A DNA stretch of 64,000 nt, from positions 3,224,001-3,288,000 of the forward strand of contig JBLDXI010000003.1 of assembly GCA_047495785.1 (NCBI GenBank), given 5' to 3'. A program made the position numbers and the translations under genes. The notes under the pieces were generated by a model. The model was not told where the DNA came from, made no database searches, and saw only the letters and a program-made list of their open reading frames with translations. Numbering within the stretch: the first letter of the stretch is position 1; each line of letters begins with the position of its first letter. Source of the DNA: Lepidodermella squamata. Taxonomy: Eukaryota > Animalia > Gastrotricha. This document shows, one piece after another, positions 63,252-64,000 of this stretch.

Positions 63252-64000
63252 ATTATGATCACAAGAACTTTCCACAATTGATGAATTACCATTGTCATCA
63301 GAAATAAATAACTATTTTAAACTCCTAACCATATCGAGATTCTTGAAATTCATTTACGCTGCGGTTGCTAGCCTTTCACGGACCTTACTGTTGGCGAAGG
63401 ACGTCGTATCAATGACAACAAGAACTTTACACCACTGATGAATACTCATCAGAAATCAGTGAAAATACGAGCTACGCCTATTTGAATTAATTGGACAAAT
63501 AATATTCTCAAGGTTTCGAGATTTTCGAGACGCAGCCCGTGCATTTTTTTAACCTAATCATAAAAGATGTTTATTATTGTTGGCGCAAAGTTGACACAAT
63601 CGAATTTTGTATTTTCGCGGGCCCCATTGATAAAGCCAGGCATCATTTCACTTGGCTAGACTTTTAAAATGATAGCTAATATCTACACCAAGTATCTCGA
63701 TCACACGGCGTTATCAGGCATAGAATTACAGGCATTTCGATAGCGTCGTTGAATAACTCTGATTCTACCCAGTGGCCGGAGAAGTAGTTGGCTTGCTTAT
63801 GAGGTAATCCTTTTTAAAATGTTACTGACATAAATTCATCATTCGACATTTTGTATAGGAACCATAATCGGCTCTTTTTTATTCATCTTTGCTCATGAAT
63901 CAGTAGTCCTTGCCGAGAATTACACGCGATCCCAAATTGTCCTTTCAATTGAAGCCGTGATCCATCTTAGGTGAATAATTTATTATGAAAAAGTCCGAAG

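Overview
Eukaryotic (invertebrate animal-like) genomic DNA with short AT-rich GT-AG introns. No prokaryotic features and no CRISPR. (1) 2.3-31.8 kb: one giant spectraplakin gene (Shot/MACF1/dystonin family, about 7,770 aa as I splice it). Domain order is CH2, plakin/SH3, a 26-unit plectin-repeat array, spectrin repeats, EF-hands and GAR. It has several candidate alternative exons, including a Cys/polybasic first exon and an internal first exon with a hydrophobic segment. (2) 34-63 kb: nine two-exon genes for secreted, strongly cationic, low-complexity proteins of three types (A, B, C) that I cannot assign to a named family. An A-B-C block is duplicated as a 5.5-kb near-perfect inverted repeat (38312-43809 / 51234-56731). 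The 7.4-kb spacer is nested transposon debris: a Mutator-like remnant, an RLE-type LINE fragment, a Penelope-like RT split by a TIR insertion, and a 2.76-kb hAT-like element. (3) Also present: a STELLO/DUF288-like putative glycosyltransferase, an intronless GABA-B-like class C GPCR, MITEs and a tRNA-derived SINE. All splice models and family assignments were made by eye and need RNA-seq/HMM confirmation.
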